Of a stretch of DNA of 64,000 nt, positions 17,043 to 28,716 are shown one piece after another (within the stretch, counting starts at the first letter, position 1; the number at the start of each line of letters is the position of its first letter). Under the pieces are notes generated by a model, which saw only the letters and a program-made list of their open reading frames with translations, was not told the DNA's origin and did no database searches. A program made the translations under genes and the position numbers. This stretch comes from Escherichia phage T4. The stretch lies in sequence record MZ375356.1; one strand, written 5' to 3'.

Positions 17043-19022
17043 ATGACTTTATTATCTCCGGGCATTGAGCTCAAAGAAACTACGGTTCAAAGCACCGTAG
17101 TTAATAACTCTACTGGTACAGCAGCTTTGGCCGGTAAATTCCAGTGGGGTCCTGCTTTTCAGATTAAACAGGTTACAAATGAAGTAGATTTAGTTAATAC
17201 TTTTGGTCAACCAACCGCTGAAACTGCTGACTATTTTATGTCTGCGATGAATTTCTTGCAGTACGGAAATGACTTACGAGTAGTTCGTGCTGTTGATAGA
17301 GATACCGCTAAAAACTCATCGCCAATTGCTGGTAATATTGAATACACAATTTCTACCCCAGGTAGTAGCTATGCGGTTGGAGATAAAATCACGGTCAAAT
17401 ATGTTTCAGATGATATTGAAACTGAAGGTAAAATTACTGAAGTAGACGCAGATGGAAAAATTAAGAAAATTAATATTCCTACTGCAAAAATTATCGCTAA
17501 AGCGAAAGAAGTCGGTGAATATCCAACACTAGGTTCTAACTGGACTGCGGAAATTTCTTCATCTTCCTCTGGTTTAGCTGCAGTAATAACTCTTGGAAAA
17601 ATTATTACTGATTCTGGTATTTTATTAGCTGAAATTGAAAATGCTGAAGCTGCTATGACAGCGGTTGACTTTCAAGCAAATCTTAAAAAATATGGAATTC
17701 CAGGAGTAGTAGCGCTTTATCCAGGCGAATTAGGCGATAAAATTGAAATTGAAATCGTATCTAAAGCTGACTATGCAAAAGGAGCTTCTGCATTACTCCC
17801 AATTTATCCAGGTGGTGGTACTCGTGCATCTACTGCTAAAGCAGTGTTTGGATATGGACCGCAAACTGATTCACAGTACGCTATTATAGTTCGTCGTAAT
17901 GATGCTATTGTTCAAAGCGTTGTTCTTTCAACTAAGCGTGGTGAAAAAGATATTTACGATAGTAACATCTATATCGATGACTTTTTCGCAAAAGGTGGTT
18001 CAGAATATATTTTTGCAACTGCACAAAACTGGCCAGAAGGCTTCTCTGGAATTTTAACTCTGTCTGGTGGATTATCATCAAATGCTGAAGTAACAGCAGG
18101 AGATTTGATGGAAGCTTGGGACTTCTTTGCTGACCGTGAATCTGTTGACGTTCAACTGTTTATTGCAGGTTCTTGTGCCGGTGAATCTTTAGAAACAGCA
18201 TCTACTGTCCAAAAACACGTCGTTTCAATTGGGGATGCTCGCCAAAATTGCTTAGTATTGTGCTCTCCTCCGCGTGAAACTGTAGTTGGAATTCCTGTAA
18301 CCCGTGCTGTTGATAACTTAGTCAATTGGAGAACTGCGGCAGGTTCATACACTGATAATAACTTTAATATCAGTTCAACCTATGCAGCAATTGATGGTAA
18401 CTATAAGTATCAGTATGACAAATATAATGATGTGAATCGTTGGGTTCCATTAGCAGCTGATATTGCTGGTTTATGCGCAAGAACTGATAACGTATCTCAG
18501 ACTTGGATGTCTCCAGCTGGTTATAATCGTGGTCAGATTCTTAACGTTATTAAACTTGCTATTGAAACTCGCCAGGCTCAGCGCGACCGTTTATACCAAG
18601 AAGCTATCAACCCGGTAACCGGTACAGGTGGTGATGGTTACGTATTGTATGGTGATAAAACAGCTACTTCTGTTCCTTCTCCATTTGATCGTATTAACGT
18701 TCGTCGTCTGTTTAATATGTTGAAAACGAATATCGGACGTAGTTCAAAATATCGTTTGTTCGAATTAAACAACGCGTTTACTCGTTCATCATTCCGCACA
18801 GAAACTGCCCAGTACTTACAGGGAATTAAAGCTCTCGGTGGAATTTATGAATATCGTGTAGTTTGCGATACAACAAATAACACTCCGTCAGTAATTGATA
18901 GAAATGAGTTTGTTGCAACATTCTACATCCAACCGGCTAGAAGCATTAACTACATTACCTTAAACTTCGTAGCAACTGCTACTGGTGCAGATTTCGATGA
19001 GTTAACTGGTCTTGCTGGTTAA
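17043..19022 (+). CDS. 18: tail sheath protein gp18
   Basis: 659-aa ORF matching T4 gp18. Confidence 0.92.
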   Translation: MTLLSPGIELKETTVQSTVVNNSTGTAALAGKFQWGPAFQIKQVTNEVDLVNTFGQPTAETADYFMSAMNFLQYGNDLRVVRAVDRDTAKNSSPIAGNIEYTISTPGSSYAVGDKITVKYVSDDIETEGKITEVDADGKIKKINIPTAKIIAKAKEVGEYPTLGSNWTAEISSSSSGLAAVITLGKIITDSGILLAEIENAEAAMTAVDFQANLKKYGIPGVVALYPGELGDKIEIEIVSKADYAKGASALLPIYPGGGTRASTAKAVFGYGPQTDSQYAIIVRRNDAIVQSVVLSTKRGEKDIYDSNIYIDDFFAKGGSEYIFATAQNWPEGFSGILTLSGGLSSNAEVTAGDLMEAWDFFADRESVDVQLFIAGSCAGESLETASTVQKHVVSIGDARQNCLVLCSPPRETVVGIPVTRAVDNLVNWRTAAGSYTDNNFNISSTYAAIDGNYKYQYDKYNDVNRWVPLAADIAGLCARTDNVSQTWMSPAGYNRGQILNVIKLAIETRQAQRDRLYQEAINPVTGTGGDGYVLYGDKTATSVPSPFDRINVRRLFNMLKTNIGRSSKYRLFELNNAFTRSSFRTETAQYLQGIKALGGIYEYRVVCDTTNNTPSVIDRNEFVATFYIQPARSINYITLNFVATATGADFDELTGLAG

Positions 19023-19038
19023 TACGGTGCATTCTAAA

Positions 19039-19056
19039 GGCCTGTTTCGGCAGGCC
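19039..19056 (+). other. stem-loop downstream of gene 18 (ggcctg...caggcc)
   Basis: Inverted repeat read directly. Confidence 0.45.
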
Positions 19057-19057
19057 A

Positions 19058-19065
19058 TATAAATA
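19058..19065 (+). promoter_or_regulatory. T4 late promoter (TATAAATA), distal copy upstream of gene 19
   Basis: Exact TATAAATA. Confidence 0.6.
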
Positions 19066-19116
19066 CACTATATCCTTAATTCTTTAATTCTATATGCCCT
19101 AGGTTAAACATAGGGA

Positions 19117-19124
19117 TATAAATA
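19117..19124 (+). promoter_or_regulatory. T4 late promoter (TATAAATA), proximal copy upstream of gene 19
   Basis: Exact TATAAATA 15 nt before the gp19 ATG region. Confidence 0.65.
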
Positions 19125-19138
19125 CTACAGAGGCTAAT

Positions 19139-19630
19139 ATGTTTGTAGATGATGTAACACGAGCGTTTGAATCTGGTGATTTTGCTCGACCTAACTTATT
19201 CCAAGTAGAAATTTCTTATCTTGGACAAAATTTTACGTTCCAATGTAAAGCTACTGCTCTACCAGCTGGTATTGTAGAAAAAATTCCAGTCGGATTTATG
19301 AACCGTAAAATTAACGTAGCAGGCGATCGTACATTCGATGACTGGACTGTTACAGTAATGAACGATGAAGCTCATGATGCTCGTCAGAAGTTCGTTGATT
19401 GGCAAAGCATTGCTGCGGGGCAAGGAAACGAAATTACTGGTGGAAAACCTGCAGAGTATAAAAAGAGCGCTATCGTTCGTCAATATGCTCGTGACGCTAA
19501 AACAGTAACAAAAGAAATTGAAATTAAAGGTCTGTGGCCTACTAACGTGGGTGAACTTCAATTAGATTGGGATTCAAACAATGAAATCCAAACTTTTGAA
19601 GTAACTCTTGCTCTCGATTATTGGGAATAA
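19139..19630 (+). CDS. 19: tail tube protein gp19
   Basis: 163-aa ORF matching T4 gp19. Confidence 0.92.
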   Translation: MFVDDVTRAFESGDFARPNLFQVEISYLGQNFTFQCKATALPAGIVEKIPVGFMNRKINVAGDRTFDDWTVTVMNDEAHDARQKFVDWQSIAAGQGNEITGGKPAEYKKSAIVRQYARDAKTVTKEIEIKGLWPTNVGELQLDWDSNNEIQTFEVTLALDYWE

Positions 19631-19662
19631 AATGAATGGGGAGAAATCCCCATCCTGCTTAA

Positions 19663-21287
<1,625 letters not shown>

Positions 21288-21288
<1 letters not shown>

Positions 21289-21530
21289 TGGAAGGTTTAA
21301 TTGAAGCTATTAAATCAAACGACCTCGTAGCCGCTCGTAAATTATTTGCTGAAGCCATGGCTGCAAGAACGATTGATTTAATTAAAGAAGAAAAAATCGC
21401 TATCGCTCGCAATTTCTTAATCGAAGGTGAAGAACCTGAAGACGAGGATGAAGATGAAGATGACGAAGATAGTGATGATAAAGACGACAAAAAAGACGAA
21501 GACTCTGACGAAGACGAGGATGATGAATAA
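21288..21530 (+). CDS. 67: prohead core protein gp67 with poly-acidic C-terminal tail
   Basis: 80-aa ORF; C-terminal run [30 protein letters not shown]. Confidence 0.85.
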
Positions 21531-21955
21531 TGCTTCTGATCCCTGAAACTCATGAATTAGTTCTCGAGAATGTCGAAGCACTTATTCCTGAAGCACAGGG
21601 TCGCTTTGACGAATTGTCTTCTGCTTTAAATAAAGACGATATAAATACAATTGTCGAGAATATGCTTGATGATGAAACTGATTTAGCGGTTGCATTAGCT
21701 TCTATTAATGAAAATATGCCGTTAAATGAATTCATCGTTAAACATGTTTCTGCCCGTGGTGAAATTACTCGCACTAAAGACCGCAAAACGCGTGAACGAA
21801 ATGCATTTCAAACCACTGGGCTGTCTAAAGCAAAACGTAGACAAATTGCTCGTAAAGCTACCAAAACGAAGATTGCCAATCCAGCAGGTCAATCTCGTGC
21901 TCAGCGTAAGCGTAAAAAAGCTCTTAAACGCCGTAAAGCATTAGGATTAAGCTAA
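21530..21955 (+). CDS. 68: prohead core protein gp68
   Basis: 141-aa ORF with basic C-terminus; conserved position between 67 and 21. Confidence 0.85.
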
Positions 21956-22593
21956 TGAATGAACCCCAATTACTAATTGAAACTTGGGGTCAACCTGGCG
22001 AAATTATTGATGGCGTACCAATGCTTGAATCTCATGATGGAAAAGACTTAGGTTTAAAACCGGGTTTATACATCGAAGGAATATTCATGCAAGCGGAAGT
22101 CGTCAATAGAAATAAACGTCTTTATCCAAAACGTATATTAGAAAAAGCGGTAAAAGACTATATTAATGAGCAAGTTTTAACTAAACAAGCTCTCGGAGAA
22201 TTAAATCATCCTCCACGCGCTAATGTTGACCCGATGCAAGCCGCTATCATTATAGAAGATATGTGGTGGAAAGGAAATGACGTATACGGACGAGCTCGTG
22301 TTATTGAAGGTGACCATGGTCCTGGAGATAAATTAGCAGCTAATATTCGTGCCGGATGGATTCCAGGAGTTTCTTCTCGTGGATTAGGTTCATTGACTGA
22401 CACAAATAAAGGTTATCGTATCGTAAACGAAGGATTCAAATTAACTGTAGGTGTTGATGCAGTATGGGGTCCAAGTGCTCCAGATGCATGGGTAACTCCT
22501 AAGGAAATTACCGAATCACAGACGGCGGAAGCCGATACAAGTGCCGATGACGCCTATATGGCTCTCGCAGAGGCCATGAAAAAAGCGTTATAA
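21955..22593 (+). CDS. 21: prohead core protease gp21
   Basis: 212-aa ORF matching T4 gp21. Confidence 0.9.
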   Translation: MNEPQLLIETWGQPGEIIDGVPMLESHDGKDLGLKPGLYIEGIFMQAEVVNRNKRLYPKRILEKAVKDYINEQVLTKQALGELNHPPRANVDPMQAAIIIEDMWWKGNDVYGRARVIEGDHGPGDKLAANIRAGWIPGVSSRGLGSLTDTNKGYRIVNEGFKLTVGVDAVWGPSAPDAWVTPKEITESQTAEADTSADDAYMALAEAMKKAL

Positions 22594-22596
22594 ATA
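22589..22596 (+). promoter_or_regulatory. T4 late promoter (TATAAATA) for gene 22
   Basis: Exact TATAAATA overlapping the gp21 stop codon. Confidence 0.6.
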
Positions 22597-22623
22597 TTAT
22601 TATCTAAACAACAGGACTACAAA

Positions 22624-23433
22624 ATGCTTAAAGAACAACTGATTGCCGAAGCGCAGAAAATTGATGCTTCCGTTGCTCTTGATAGTATTTTCGAATCAGT
22701 TAATATTTCTCCGGAAGCAAAAGAAACTTTCGGCACTGTATTCGAAGCTACCGTCAAGCAGCACGCCGTTAAATTAGCTGAATCTCATATCGCTAAAATT
22801 GCTGAAAAAGCAGAAGAAGAAGTAGAAAAAAATAAAGAAGAAGCCGAAGAAAAAGCTGAGAAGAAAATCGCTGAGCAAGCTTCTAAATTCATTGACCATC
22901 TTGCAAAAGAATGGCTCGCTGAAAATAAATTAGCAGTTGATAAAGGCATCAAAGCCGAACTGTTTGAATCCATGCTTGGTGGATTAAAAGAGCTCTTTGT
23001 TGAACACAACGTTGTTGTTCCAGAAGAATCAGTTGATGTTGTAGCTGAAATGGAAGAAGAGCTGCAAGAACATAAAGAAGAATCAGCTCGTCTGTTCGAA
23101 GAACTCAATATGCGCGACGCATATATCAATTATGTGCAGCGTGAAGTGGCATTGAGCGAAAGTACTAAAGATCTGACTGAGTCTCAAAAAGAAAAAGTCT
23201 CTGCTCTGGTCGAAGGTATGGATTATTCAGATGCATTCTCAAGTAAATTGAGTGCAATCGTAGAAATGGTGAAGAAATCTAATAAAGATGAAAGCACTAT
23301 TACTGAGAGTATAAATACTCCTGATACTGAAGCAGCCGGACTGAATTTCGTCACTGAAGCTGTAGAAGATAAAGCTGCACAGGGTGCAGAAGATATTGTA
23401 AGTGTATATGCGAAAGTCGCATCTCGTTTCTAA
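22624..23433 (+). CDS. 22: prohead core scaffold protein gp22
   Basis: 269-aa Glu/Lys-rich helical ORF matching T4 gp22. Confidence 0.9.
   Translation: MLKEQLIAEAQKIDASVALDSIFESVNISPEAKETFGTVFEATVKQHAVKLAESHIAKIAEKAEEEVEKNKEEAEEKAEKKIAEQASKFIDHLAKEWLAENKLAVDKGIKAELFESMLGGLKELFVEHNVVVPEESVDVVAEMEEELQEHKEESARLFEELNMRDAYINYVQREVALSESTKDLTESQKEKVSALVEGMDYSDAFSSKLSAIVEMVKKSNKDESTITESINTPDTEAAGLNFVTEAVEDKAAQGAEDIVSVYAKVASRF
23310..23317 (+). promoter_or_regulatory. T4 late promoter (TATAAATA) inside the 3' end of gene 22, candidate P23
   Basis: Exact TATAAATA about 135 nt upstream of the gp23 ATG; T4 late promoters are known to lie within upstream genes. Confidence 0.5.
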
Positions 23434-23451
23434 TTTTAAAGGTTAACACAA

Positions 23452-25017
23452 ATGACTATCAAAACTAAAGCTGAACTTTTGAACAAATGGAAGCCATTAC
23501 TGGAAGGTGAAGGTTTACCGGAAATTGCTAATAGCAAACAAGCGATTATCGCTAAAATCTTTGAAAACCAGGAAAAAGATTTCCAGACAGCTCCGGAATA
23601 TAAAGACGAAAAAATTGCTCAGGCATTCGGTTCTTTCTTAACAGAAGCTGAAATCGGTGGTGACCACGGTTACAATGCTACCAACATCGCTGCAGGTCAG
23701 ACTTCTGGCGCAGTAACTCAGATTGGCCCAGCTGTTATGGGTATGGTACGTCGTGCTATTCCTAACCTGATTGCTTTCGATATTTGTGGTGTTCAGCCGA
23801 TGAACAGCCCGACTGGCCAGGTATTCGCACTGCGCGCAGTATATGGTAAAGACCCAGTGGCTGCCGGTGCTAAAGAAGCATTCCACCCAATGTATGGTCC
23901 AGATGCAATGTTCTCTGGTCAGGGTGCTGCTAAGAAATTCCCAGCTCTGGCTGCTAGCACACAAACCACAGTAGGTGATATCTATACTCACTTCTTCCAG
24001 GAAACTGGTACTGTATATCTGCAAGCTTCTGTTCAAGTAACAATCGATGCTGGTGCGACTGATGCTGCTAAATTAGATGCTGAAATTAAGAAACAAATGG
24101 AAGCTGGTGCACTGGTAGAAATCGCTGAAGGTATGGCTACTTCTATCGCTGAACTCCAGGAAGGTTTCAATGGTTCTACCGATAACCCATGGAATGAAAT
24201 GGGCTTCCGTATCGATAAGCAAGTTATCGAAGCTAAATCTCGTCAGCTGAAAGCTGCTTACTCTATTGAATTAGCACAAGACCTCCGCGCTGTTCACGGT
24301 ATGGATGCTGATGCTGAACTGTCTGGTATTCTGGCTACAGAAATTATGCTGGAAATCAACCGTGAAGTTGTTGATTGGATTAACTACTCAGCTCAGGTTG
24401 GTAAATCTGGTATGACCCTGACTCCGGGTTCTAAAGCTGGTGTATTTGACTTCCAGGACCCAATTGATATTCGTGGTGCTCGCTGGGCGGGTGAATCCTT
24501 TAAAGCTCTGTTGTTCCAGATTGACAAAGAAGCAGTTGAAATTGCTCGTCAGACCGGTCGTGGTGAAGGTAACTTCATTATCGCTTCCCGTAACGTAGTT
24601 AACGTTCTGGCTTCAGTTGATACCGGCATTTCTTATGCTGCACAGGGTCTGGCTACCGGCTTTAACACTGATACTACCAAGTCAGTATTTGCTGGTGTTC
24701 TGGGTGGTAAATACCGCGTATATATCGACCAGTATGCTAAACAGGATTATTTCACTGTAGGTTATAAAGGTCCGAACGAAATGGATGCTGGTATTTACTA
24801 TGCTCCATATGTAGCTCTGACTCCGCTGCGTGGTTCCGATCCGAAGAACTTCCAACCGGTAATGGGATTCAAAACTCGTTACGGTATCGGTATCAACCCA
24901 TTTGCAGAATCCGCTGCTCAGGCTCCGGCTTCTCGCATCCAGAGCGGTATGCCTTCTATTCTGAATAGCCTTGGTAAAAACGCTTACTTTAGACGTGTAT
25001 ATGTTAAAGGTATCTAA
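23452..25017 (+). CDS. 23: major capsid protein gp23
   Basis: 521-aa ORF; N-terminal propeptide and body sequence recognised as T4 gp23. Confidence 0.96.
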   Translation: MTIKTKAELLNKWKPLLEGEGLPEIANSKQAIIAKIFENQEKDFQTAPEYKDEKIAQAFGSFLTEAEIGGDHGYNATNIAAGQTSGAVTQIGPAVMGMVRRAIPNLIAFDICGVQPMNSPTGQVFALRAVYGKDPVAAGAKEAFHPMYGPDAMFSGQGAAKKFPALAASTQTTVGDIYTHFFQETGTVYLQASVQVTIDAGATDAAKLDAEIKKQMEAGALVEIAEGMATSIAELQEGFNGSTDNPWNEMGFRIDKQVIEAKSRQLKAAYSIELAQDLRAVHGMDADAELSGILATEIMLEINREVVDWINYSAQVGKSGMTLTPGSKAGVFDFQDPIDIRGARWAGESFKALLFQIDKEAVEIARQTGRGEGNFIIASRNVVNVLASVDTGISYAAQGLATGFNTDTTKSVFAGVLGGKYRVYIDQYAKQDYFTVGYKGPNEMDAGIYYAPYVALTPLRGSDPKNFQPVMGFKTRYGIGINPFAESAAQAPASRIQSGMPSILNSLGKNAYFRRVYVKGI

Positions 25018-25043
25018 TCTCTAACGATAGAAACACAATTTTA

Positions 25044-25066
25044 GGGAACCTTCGGGTTCCCTTTTT
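25044..25066 (+). terminator. rho-independent terminator after gene 23
   Basis: gggaacc-TTCG-ggttccc hairpin followed by TTTTT. Confidence 0.75.
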
Positions 25067-25739
25067 CTATTTTATACGATAGCAATCAGGCATATCATCC
25101 GCATTTATCCAATTGCGAATAGTTTTAGGACTAACTTTAAAATGCTCCGCTGCGTAATCAGGATTATCAAATTTAACGCCCTTTATACATATTGGAATAA
25201 ATTTTTTAATACCACCAAGTTTTTCAGAAATAGCTTTACGATGTGAAATCGATATAGGTTTGTTTTTTCGTGGATGAACATGTGTTTTATAATATTCATT
25301 GCGCCCTTTAACTCGCTTCGCAATAGTTTCATCAGATTGCTTAACGCCTGTTTTTGCCTTTGATATTTTTCGTTTAGCTTCCACAGTCATTCCTTCTTTT
25401 GTTCGTATTGATAACATATTACGATATGAAGGATCTTGCAAATGAACTAACTGGATTTCCTCTGCCACCAATAGCAGCATTATAGGTATCAGTTCTCATA
25501 ACGAATTCCTCATTAACTAGTAAAGCTTCCATTTTATACATCTCCTCAGATGAGGAGAAAGAATAAAGAATTTCTTTTTTAAAGTTATGAATACCATATT
25601 TTTTGATGGATTTTTTGATGTTTACGCCAGAACCCATATAACCATCGTTTTCGTCAAGAGTAGCATGAGCTCCGATGTAAATTTTTCCATTGATGATATT
25701 AGTAATTTGATATATTAAATATTTCATTTTAAACATCAC
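25067..25739 (-). pseudogene. segD: GIY-YIG homing endonuclease SegD, split into two overlapping reading frames
   Basis: N-terminal ORF (25419-25739) carries the GIY-YIG motif ([10 protein letters not shown]...GYMGSG); C-terminal ORF (25067-25480) carries the basic linker/DNA-binding repeats; 673 nt total is not a multiple of 3. Confidence 0.75.
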
Positions 25740-25789
25740 TCCGTTTGTATATGATTATAATCATATTACTTTGGTCTTGTAAATAACTT

Positions 25790-25797
25790 TATAAATA
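25790..25797 (+). promoter_or_regulatory. T4 late promoter (TATAAATA) for gene 24
   Basis: Exact TATAAATA about 28 nt upstream of the gp24 ATG. Confidence 0.65.
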
Positions 25798-25824
25798 GTA
25801 TTATATTTCAACAAGGAAAATACA

Positions 25825-27108
25825 ATGGCTAAAATCAACGAACTTCTGCGCGAATCAACCACAACGAATAGCAACTCAATCGGTCGCCCAAATCTCGTTG
25901 CTTTGACTCGCGCTACCACTAAATTAATATATTCTGACATTGTAGCAACGCAAAGAACTAATCAACCTGTTGCTGCTTTTTATGGTATCAAATACCTTAA
26001 CCCAGACAACGAATTTACATTTAAAACTGGTGCTACTTACGCTGGCGAAGCTGGATATGTAGACCGAGAACAAATCACAGAATTAACAGAAGAGTCTAAA
26101 TTAACTCTCAATAAAGGCGATTTATTCAAATATAATAATATCGTTTATAAAGTATTAGAAGATACTCCATTTGCTACTATCGAAGAAAGTGATTTAGAAT
26201 TAGCTCTTCAGATTGCAATCGTTCTTTTAAAGGTTCGTCTATTTTCTGACGCAGCGTCAACAAGCAAATTTGAAAGCTCTGATAGTGAAATTGCGGATGC
26301 TAGATTCCAGATTAATAAATGGCAAACTGCAGTTAAATCTCGTAAACTTAAAACTGGCATCACAGTTGAATTAGCGCAAGATTTAGAAGCAAATGGATTC
26401 GATGCTCCTAATTTCTTGGAAGATTTGCTTGCAACTGAAATGGCAGATGAAATCAATAAAGACATTCTGCAGTCTTTGATTACAGTGTCAAAACGCTATA
26501 AAGTTACAGGAATTACTGATAGTGGATTCATCGATTTGAGTTATGCATCTGCTCCTGAAGCTGGTCGTTCATTATACCGAATGGTATGTGAAATGGTTTC
26601 GCATATCCAAAAAGAATCAACTTATACAGCAACGTTCTGTGTTGCTTCAGCTCGTGCCGCTGCGATTCTTGCTGCATCAGGCTGGTTAAAACATAAACCA
26701 GAAGATGACAAATATCTTTCACAAAATGCCTACGGGTTCTTAGCTAATGGTTTACCGCTTTATTGCGATACTAACAGCCCATTAGATTATGTAATCGTTG
26801 GCGTAGTAGAAAATATCGGTGAAAAAGAAATTGTTGGATCAATTTTCTATGCTCCGTATACAGAAGGTCTCGACTTAGATGACCCTGAACATGTAGGTGC
26901 ATTTAAAGTTGTTGTTGATCCAGAAAGCTTACAACCATCTATCGGTTTATTAGTTAGATATGCTTTATCAGCAAATCCTTATACTGTAGCAAAAGATGAA
27001 AAAGAAGCAAGAATAATTGACGGTGGAGACATGGATAAAATGGCAGGTCGTTCAGATTTGTCTGTTTTATTAGGTGTTAAGCTACCAAAAATTATCATTG
27101 ATGAATAA
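25825..27108 (+). CDS. 24: capsid vertex protein gp24
   Basis: 427-aa ORF, a gp23 paralogue, matching T4 gp24. Confidence 0.92.
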   Translation: MAKINELLRESTTTNSNSIGRPNLVALTRATTKLIYSDIVATQRTNQPVAAFYGIKYLNPDNEFTFKTGATYAGEAGYVDREQITELTEESKLTLNKGDLFKYNNIVYKVLEDTPFATIEESDLELALQIAIVLLKVRLFSDAASTSKFESSDSEIADARFQINKWQTAVKSRKLKTGITVELAQDLEANGFDAPNFLEDLLATEMADEINKDILQSLITVSKRYKVTGITDSGFIDLSYASAPEAGRSLYRMVCEMVSHIQKESTYTATFCVASARAAAILAASGWLKHKPEDDKYLSQNAYGFLANGLPLYCDTNSPLDYVIVGVVENIGEKEIVGSIFYAPYTEGLDLDDPEHVGAFKVVVDPESLQPSIGLLVRYALSANPYTVAKDEKEARIIDGGDMDKMAGRSDLSVLLGVKLPKIIIDE

Positions 27109-27114
27109 AACAAA

Positions 27115-27135
27115 GGGACCTTTCGGTCCCTTTTT
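27115..27135. terminator. hairpin terminator between convergent genes 24 and rnlB
   Basis: gggacc-TTTC-ggtccc followed by TTTTT; flanked by an A-run on the other side. Confidence 0.7.
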
Positions 27136-27137
27136 AT

Positions 27138-28142
27138 TTAACTTACCAACTCAATCCAAGCTGGACGAAGTACATCTTGTACCATTTTAACTAATTCCTT
27201 TTTAATCAAAGAAGGATTATCTGCTTGAGTTAGAGTAATACCTTCACGAGAAGTTTCTTCCAAAATATCTTGAACAGTTAGCCCCATCACCTTTCCAAAA
27301 TCCTTTGGACCAATTTCGCCAATTTTAGAAATAACGTTATTTACGCGGTTCAGTGTAACGTAACAAGCTAAAATTCCCACCAATTTGTTATCAGCTTCTG
27401 ATAGCTCAACTTTAGCTTTAATAGGCTTATCAGACTTTTTCTTTTCACTAAATTTAGAGTTCTTGCATTTAATCGCTACACGATTTCCATTACGAAGCCA
27501 AGAAGGATAACAAGGTTTCAATACATATCCTTCAGCAGTAAATACTTCGCCTTTTGCTTCGGCATTCCAAACGCATTTATTTGCATCAACTAATCCAGCA
27601 TGGTCTACTGTAAAATTATAATCTTGGACGACAGAATCTAAATCATTTGGCAATTTAATAAGCTCTTCAAATTTACCGCGACCTAAAAGTGGAGCCATTT
27701 TAAATTTAAATGTATTACAGAATGATTCCATCATATAATCATCTACATAAGTCACATCACCGCTTTCTGTAGTAACAATAATGTCAAATACATAAAAATC
27801 TTTATCACCATAATCAACATTCTTCTGAATGCCAGGTCCAGCGAATTCGCCAAAGACTTGATAAGATACAACCGCTGAGGTTTCCATAATATCTTGTACA
27901 GCTTTAATGGAATCAGCATAATTCTTCAAAATAATTTCATACCCAAAGAAATCTTCAGCAGGAAGAATCGGTCCAGTGCGTTTAGCGCAAGTCACTTTAT
28001 CACGCTCAATAATCAATGAGAAATTTGTGCCGTGAATCTTTTCACGAGCTACCCACTCCCCACCAGTCAATCCCAAGCTATAAAGTTTTTCAATAAATTT
28101 AGAGTTGTAATGATTTTCAAGACTGCTATACTTTTTAAACAT
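27138..28142 (-). CDS. rnlB: RNA ligase 2 (Rnl2)
   Basis: 334-aa ORF starting [12 protein letters not shown]; lysine nucleotidyltransferase motif region IHGTNFSL. Confidence 0.9.
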   Translation of the reverse strand: MFKKYSSLENHYNSKFIEKLYSLGLTGGEWVAREKIHGTNFSLIIERDKVTCAKRTGPILPAEDFFGYEIILKNYADSIKAVQDIMETSAVVSYQVFGEFAGPGIQKNVDYGDKDFYVFDIIVTTESGDVTYVDDYMMESFCNTFKFKMAPLLGRGKFEELIKLPNDLDSVVQDYNFTVDHAGLVDANKCVWNAEAKGEVFTAEGYVLKPCYPSWLRNGNRVAIKCKNSKFSEKKKSDKPIKAKVELSEADNKLVGILACYVTLNRVNNVISKIGEIGPKDFGKVMGLTVQDILEETSREGITLTQADNPSLIKKELVKMVQDVLRPAWIELVS

Positions 28143-28151
28143 AATTAATCC

Positions 28152-28430
28152 TCAAAATGTAATTTCTAACCAATCACCATCACGCTGATCACTATTGACT
28201 TTAAAGCTGAATCCTTCTTTTCTCAGCCAATCACCAATTTCTTCTGTAATCAATTTATCACGAGCAATACAATAATAATTAAAATGTGTTTTACCTTGTT
28301 CAGCTGCTTTATTAGCAAGTTCTGAAAAATCTTTAATAAAACACTCTAGCTTAAACTGTTTACTTTTTAATGCTTTTTCGCGTAATTGATTAGCAAAAGA
28401 TTCATTTTCATAAAGATCATACTGTTCCAT
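28152..28430 (-). CDS. hypothetical protein (positional equivalent of T4 24.2)
   Basis: 92-aa ORF; position only. Confidence 0.6.
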   Translation of the reverse strand: MEQYDLYENESFANQLREKALKSKQFKLECFIKDFSELANKAAEQGKTHFNYYCIARDKLITEEIGDWLRKEGFSFKVNSDQRDGDWLEITF

Positions 28431-28632
28431 TTTTCACCTTTTTATTGATATGTCTTTTTCTATAGACAACTTTTTCTCGAGTTTCAAATTTATTCTTAGC
28501 AGTCATAGCTCGAGCCCATAATACAGCCACTTCTTTTGCCTGTAAGTTTAATTCACGAGCAATTTCAATGAATGACTTTCCAGACTCATGAAGAGTAAAC
28601 ACCACAACCTCAGTTCTCATAATCAATCTCAT
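28417..28632 (-). CDS. hypothetical small protein with helix-turn-helix-like segment (positional equivalent of T4 24.3)
   Basis: 71-aa ORF; SGKSFIEIARELNL resembles an HTH. Confidence 0.55.
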   Translation of the reverse strand: MRLIMRTEVVVFTLHESGKSFIEIARELNLQAKEVAVLWARAMTAKNKFETREKVVYRKRHINKKVKNGTV

Positions 28633-28700
28633 GTTATCGAGTTGGTGCCATTATATACATCATTTTCTGATTGTGTTTTGTGTGCTTTCAAAATGAAGAA

Positions 28701-28716
28701 AGGGGCCGAAGCCCCT
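28701..28716 (-). terminator. hairpin immediately downstream of the hoc remnant (minus strand)
   Basis: Minus strand reads aggggc-TTCG-gcccct followed by TTCTTCATTTTG. Confidence 0.55.

Noticed and set aside
22785-23129. 114-aa Ser/Ala-rich minus-strand ORF inside gene 22
   Set aside because: Antisense of the Glu/Lys-rich scaffold gene; compositional artefact.
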